DNA of 50,928 bases from an uncultured Flavobacteriales bacterium (GTDB lineage Bacteria > Bacteroidota > Bacteroidia > Flavobacteriales_C > GCA-002722245). Every line of letters begins with the position of its first letter. Position 1 is the stretch's first letter. The stretch is taken from assembly GCA_963933885.1 (NCBI GenBank), contig CAWVWF010000004.1, positions 1 through 50,928 on the forward strand, in the 5' to 3' direction. The position numbers were made by a program, and so were the translations under genes. The notes under the pieces are model-generated. The model was not told the DNA's origin. It did not search any database and was given only the letters and a program-made list of their open reading frames with translations. This document shows, piece after piece, positions 47,142 to 50,928 of this stretch.

Positions 47142-47634
47142 ACTTGATATAGTTATTTGCAATTCTGTTTATTTGTCCTTCTGCTAATCTAGGATCAACA
47201 TCTTTAATTTTCTTTGCTGGAATTCCTGCATAAACACTTCCTGGTTCAACTACAGTTTTCGCTGTTAGGATTGCTCCTGCAGCTATAATTGAGTTTTCGC
47301 CAATCACACAATCATCCATAATAATAGCTCCCATTCCAACCAGAACATTATCTTTTATTGTACAACCATGAACCATGGCTTTGTGCCCAATAGAAACGTT
47401 GTTTCCAATGTTTGTAGGTGACGTCTCGTAAGTTCCATGAATAACCGCTCCATCTTGAACGTTTACTTTGTTACCCATTTTAATATAATTCACATCTCCT
47501 CTTACAACGGCGTTAAACCAAAAACTACATTGATCTCCACAAATCACTTCTCCAATAATAGTAGCGTTTTCCGCTAAGTAATTGTCTTCACCAAACTTTG
47601 GTGTAAAACCTCTCACTGTTTTTATTAATGCCAT
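47122..47634 (-). CDS. Gamma carbonic anhydrase family hexapeptide-repeat protein (YrdA-like)
   Basis: AVVRGDVN.I, NVQDGAVIH, GH.AMVHGC. Confidence 0.93.
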   Translation of the reverse strand: MALIKTVRGFTPKFGEDNYLAENATIIGEVICGDQCSFWFNAVVRGDVNYIKMGNKVNVQDGAVIHGTYETSPTNIGNNVSIGHKAMVHGCTIKDNVLVGMGAIIMDDCVIGENSIIAAGAILTAKTVVEPGSVYAGIPAKKIKDVDPRLAEGQINRIANNYIKYASWYK

Positions 47635-47637
47635 ATA

Positions 47638-49017
47638 CTAACGCTTAACTGTTTTTATTGTTGATATAACTTCCTCATTTCTCCAGATTCTAAAGAAGTA
47701 CATTCCATAACGTAAATCATATAAATCAAACTGGACGGTTTGAGTAGCAAAATTTGTTTCTTGAAAAACGATCCTCCCTCTGATGTCAAAAATTTCAACT
47801 TTCATATCTGCGAAAGAAGTTCCTAAATTTATCCAAACATCTTTTGTAAACAGACTTGGTGATACTGTTAAACTTGGTAAGTTCGGAACAATTTTAACGA
47901 CATCCTTAATATCAGGGGGGACAGTACAACCCCAAGTTGTATCACTTTTAGTATTTACTATAAAACTTAAAAAGTCAAATATTGTATCGGAACCAAAAAC
48001 AGAACTAGCTCTGAAAGTAATAATGTTTCCGCCTTGCTGTTTATCGTTACCTAAATAATTTAAGGATAAAGTATCGAAAGCTTCTGTTCCTATTGAGCGT
48101 GATTTTTCAATACCATTAAAATATAAACTTGGTTTATAACCTCCTTCTACTTCTAAAAAAACTGAATCTGCAAAGAGGTTTTCATAACTAACCATAAAGT
48201 CTTCATTACCTGCTCCGTTAAAATCATAAACGCCAGCAACAGTATTTAAAATCGGTGTAAAATTCCCTCTTTCGTTTTCATCATCATCTACAAAAACTGG
48301 AAAATCAACAACTGAATGTCCGATTTGAACTCCATCTCGATATTCTGCAATTTCATAAGCGAAAATGTAAATCCCCCAAGTTGGATTATCCCAACTAAAG
48401 AAACCTGTCTGTTCATCTATACTAACCCCAGAAGGGGTCCAATAACCTGCAACTGGAAATCCATTTAATGCTTTAGGGCTTATCAATTTAAAACTCAAAC
48501 TATCTCCTTCTTCATCGTAATGTGCTAGGTTCATCTGAAATGGATCACCTGATTTCACCCACATGTAAGGATCATATAATGTTTTAGCAGAAGTATTAAT
48601 ACAATAGCTCAAAGTATCCGCAACGGCTATGATAGCATCGAAATACAAGACACTCGTTCCTGATTTCCCACTCGTCATATTATTCACATCAAACATTCTG
48701 TATATGTCCTGAAAGATTACCTGATAGTTTCCTTCATCTGCATATTGATGTGTTGCTTCGTAAATATTTTTCCTAACTCCTGGGTAAATATTATCTCCAT
48801 TCCCATTCGTTCTTAAAAACCATTCTTCTTCACCATCTCCCCATCTAATCAAAACAGAATCTCTATCAGAATTATTAATATCATGATCAGCGTAAGTCAC
48901 TATCTCAACGTGGTAAGTATAACCACTAACATGCGTGTAATTTATGTATCCTCCGAAATAATGATCGGCAAACGCACAAAACGGCATTAGAAGAAAAAGT
49001 GCAAGAATTCTGTTCAT
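47638..49017 (-). CDS. T9SS cargo protein
   Basis: Signal peptide; H..GG.I.Y...SG.TY, D.EGDSLSF, IDEQTG...W, EYRDG; C-terminal IFDIRGR...GMYFFRI...KTVKR. Confidence 0.78.
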   Translation of the reverse strand: MNRILALFLLMPFCAFADHYFGGYINYTHVSGYTYHVEIVTYADHDINNSDRDSVLIRWGDGEEEWFLRTNGNGDNIYPGVRKNIYEATHQYADEGNYQVIFQDIYRMFDVNNMTSGKSGTSVLYFDAIIAVADTLSYCINTSAKTLYDPYMWVKSGDPFQMNLAHYDEEGDSLSFKLISPKALNGFPVAGYWTPSGVSIDEQTGFFSWDNPTWGIYIFAYEIAEYRDGVQIGHSVVDFPVFVDDDENERGNFTPILNTVAGVYDFNGAGNEDFMVSYENLFADSVFLEVEGGYKPSLYFNGIEKSRSIGTEAFDTLSLNYLGNDKQQGGNIITFRASSVFGSDTIFDFLSFIVNTKSDTTWGCTVPPDIKDVVKIVPNLPSLTVSPSLFTKDVWINLGTSFADMKVEIFDIRGRIVFQETNFATQTVQFDLYDLRYGMYFFRIWRNEEVISTIKTVKR

Positions 49018-49096
49018 TATATCTTAACGATTTTTAATTTCTGTGAGTATCACAATTCAAAAATACTACCTTTAGAGGACAATTAATTTTTTACGG

Positions 49097-49441
49097 ATGA
49101 AAAAGATATATCACTTAGGAAGTTGTTCTACTAATATCAGAATTTTAAAGGGTTTAAACCTCGATGGAATTGAATTACAAGATATTAAAAAGGTAACAAT
49201 GACTGCTGAACAAGTTGATGAAATGAAAGCTTTGGCTGGATCCTACGAAGCATTGTTCTCTAGAAAAGCAATGAAATACCGTTCTATGGGCTTGAATGAA
49301 ATGACCCTTACTGAAGAAGATTATAAAAATTACATAGTACAAGAATACACGTTTTTAAAACGTCCTGTGGCTATTATTGATGATAAGATATTTATTGGAA
49401 ATTCTAAAGCAGTAGTTGCAGAATTAACGGAAGAACTTTAA
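49097..49441 (+). CDS. ArsC/Spx-like family protein
   Basis: KIYHL..CST..RI, DIK, LFSRKA.KY, FLKRPV. Confidence 0.85.
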   Translation: MKKIYHLGSCSTNIRILKGLNLDGIELQDIKKVTMTAEQVDEMKALAGSYEALFSRKAMKYRSMGLNEMTLTEEDYKNYIVQEYTFLKRPVAIIDDKIFIGNSKAVVAELTEEL

Positions 49442-50640
49442 TTACTTCCTGCTATAAATCCTGTAGTCCAAGCTGCCTGAAAGTTAAAACCTCCGGTAAC
49501 ACCATCGATATCTAAAACTTCTCCTGCGAAAAACAGGTTTGGAACAACTTTACTTTCCATCGTTTTCATATTAATGTCTTTCAAAGAAACACCTCCACAG
49601 GTAACAAACTCTTCTTTGAAGGTAGTTTTACCATTAACTTCATAGGTAGCATTCACTATATTATTGATCAATATATTTTTCGCTTTTTTGCTTATTTCTC
49701 CTGCAATCATGTTTTCATCGATCTCAGAAATCTCTAGGAAGTACTTCCAAAGACTGTTAGGTAATTCAAAAGGAATAACATTAAGTACTTTCTTCTTTCC
49801 GTAGTTGTAAAAAGACCTATTAAGAAGCGTTCTCACCTCATCTTCATTTGAATTACCAATCCAGTTTACCTGAACACTGAAAGTATAATCTTTCTCAGAT
49901 AAGTTTCTAGCTTCCCATGCTGATGTTTTAAGTATCGCAGGTCCACTCATTCCCCAATGCGTAACCAATAGAGGCCCATTTTGAGACAGTTTAGAACCTT
50001 GCACCCTTACTATTGCATTTTTAGAAACAACGCCTTGTAGCTCTATGATTTTCTCATCAGGCATATTGAATGTAAAAAGCGATGGTATAGGAGGAACGAT
50101 TTCATGCCCCAATGCTTTTAACCAATTTAATCCACTTGCTTTTGGAGAACCTCCAGTTGCAACAATTACTTTATCAAAAGCATAATATATTTCATCAATT
50201 TTCAACTTAATTTGATCTCCATCAGGTTTAAGTTCTTGAACTACTGTTTGTCTTTGAATAGTAACTCCTAAACGAAGTGCCTCATCTAATAAACAGTTGA
50301 TGATTGTAATGGATTTGTTTGATTCTGGAAACATACGATTGTCAGCTTCAGTGATCAAGTTTACACCTCGATCCTTATACCAAGCAACTGTATGATTTGT
50401 ATTGAAAATATTAAATGATTTTTTTAGCTGCTTTCCACCTCTTGGATAAAACTTTACTAAATCACCTACTTTAAAACAGCTATGGGTAACGTTACATCTT
50501 CCTCCACCAGACACTTTTACTTTCGCTAAAATCTTATCAGACTTTTCGTAAATAGTAACTTCTGCTTTAGGATTATTTTCTTTTGCTGATAATGCTGCAA
50601 AAAATCCTGCTGCTCCACCTCCAATAACTGCTATTTTCAT
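49438..50640 (-). CDS. BaiN/YhiN (HI0933) family flavoprotein
   Basis: GGGAAG, KV.VSGGGRCNVT, R.FP.S, ATGG, THWGMSGP, VTCGGV, GEVLDIDG.TGGFNFQ.AW.TG. Confidence 0.95.
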   Translation of the reverse strand: MKIAVIGGGAAGFFAALSAKENNPKAEVTIYEKSDKILAKVKVSGGGRCNVTHSCFKVGDLVKFYPRGGKQLKKSFNIFNTNHTVAWYKDRGVNLITEADNRMFPESNKSITIINCLLDEALRLGVTIQRQTVVQELKPDGDQIKLKIDEIYYAFDKVIVATGGSPKASGLNWLKALGHEIVPPIPSLFTFNMPDEKIIELQGVVSKNAIVRVQGSKLSQNGPLLVTHWGMSGPAILKTSAWEARNLSEKDYTFSVQVNWIGNSNEDEVRTLLNRSFYNYGKKKVLNVIPFELPNSLWKYFLEISEIDENMIAGEISKKAKNILINNIVNATYEVNGKTTFKEEFVTCGGVSLKDINMKTMESKVVPNLFFAGEVLDIDGVTGGFNFQAAWTTGFIAGSN

Positions 50641-50743
50641 ATTACAAATATATGGTTTTTAGTGAAGATCTAGTTTCAAATAATAAATCGATATTACTGT
50701 ATTTGAAGCGGAGTTAGTTAAAAAGTATACAACAATACTTATT

Positions 50744-50820
50744 TGTCATTCCTGCGAAGGCAGGAATCTAGACGCCTAATTAAGCACAGTATACTATTGG
50801 TTTAGATTCCTGCCTTCGCA
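50744..50820. repeat. REP-like palindromic pair (inverted doublet), right arm interrupted
   Basis: TGTCATTCCTGCGAAGGCAGGAATCTA (50744-50770) and inverted TAGATTCCTGCCTTCGCA (50803-50820); GC-rich in an AT-rich background. Confidence 0.8.
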
Positions 50821-50928
50821 CACTACTGTCCGGAATAAATAGATCTATAATTCACACAGTTAATGTCCCGTTATTCTTATTTCATTCTCATTTGAAAATG
50901 ACTTAGAATTCGTAATGGTTTAAAAAAG

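Noticed and set aside
1472-48058. Short antisense ORFs in the track (e.g. 1472, 3271, 3613, 8098, 15841, 17348, 18107, 18518, 21342, 23820, 25668, 26169, 26932, 30650, 32042, 35688, 38032, 40061, 41907, 47783) and the nested frame at 2932
   Set aside because: All lie wholly or largely within well-supported genes and show no recognisable motifs; treated as shadow ORFs
6745-49441. Convergent genes abutting or overlapping at their stops (6747/6748, 33984-33987, 49438-49441)
   Set aside because: Ordinary in compact genomes; no evidence of antisense function

Overview
AT-rich, gene-dense chromosomal segment from a Bacteroidota bacterium, probably Flavobacteriales. This assignment rests on T9SS C-terminal domains, TAnnTTTG promoter boxes, the rbfA-lolE pair and the exbB-orf-exbD-exbD layout. 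From left to right it contains: an ABC-exported surface-glycan locus (2 GT4, WaaL/Wzy-like, WcaJ-like, wzm, partial wzt) with a divergent gmhA; T9SS cargo proteins flanking a beta-propeller/PP2C sensor; LD-carboxypeptidase, lolE-like permease and rbfA; ExbBD; a propeller/Y_Y_Y/LuxR regulator; holB and pgk; a LytS-type kinase, pseudokinase and pentapeptide-repeat operon; beta-carbonic anhydrase with an OmpR-type two-component system; an orphan ParA/RHH pair; and housekeeping genes (hslR, ansA, gamma-CA, ArsC, BaiN-like). No rRNA, tRNA, CRISPR array or intact transposase was seen. The strongest leads are: (1) a 600-bp non-coding region beside the LuxR sensor, with phased operator-like repeats, a consensus promoter and three tandem terminator-ended short units (candidate sRNA cassette); (2) a T9SS-secreted protein built from three repeats resembling marine phage structural/fibre proteins; (3) the kinase/pseudokinase/pentapeptide operon under a double TACAnnTGTA (BlaI/CopY-like) operator; (4) a chromosomal type Ib partition-like pair. 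All calls come from reading motifs; no searches were run.
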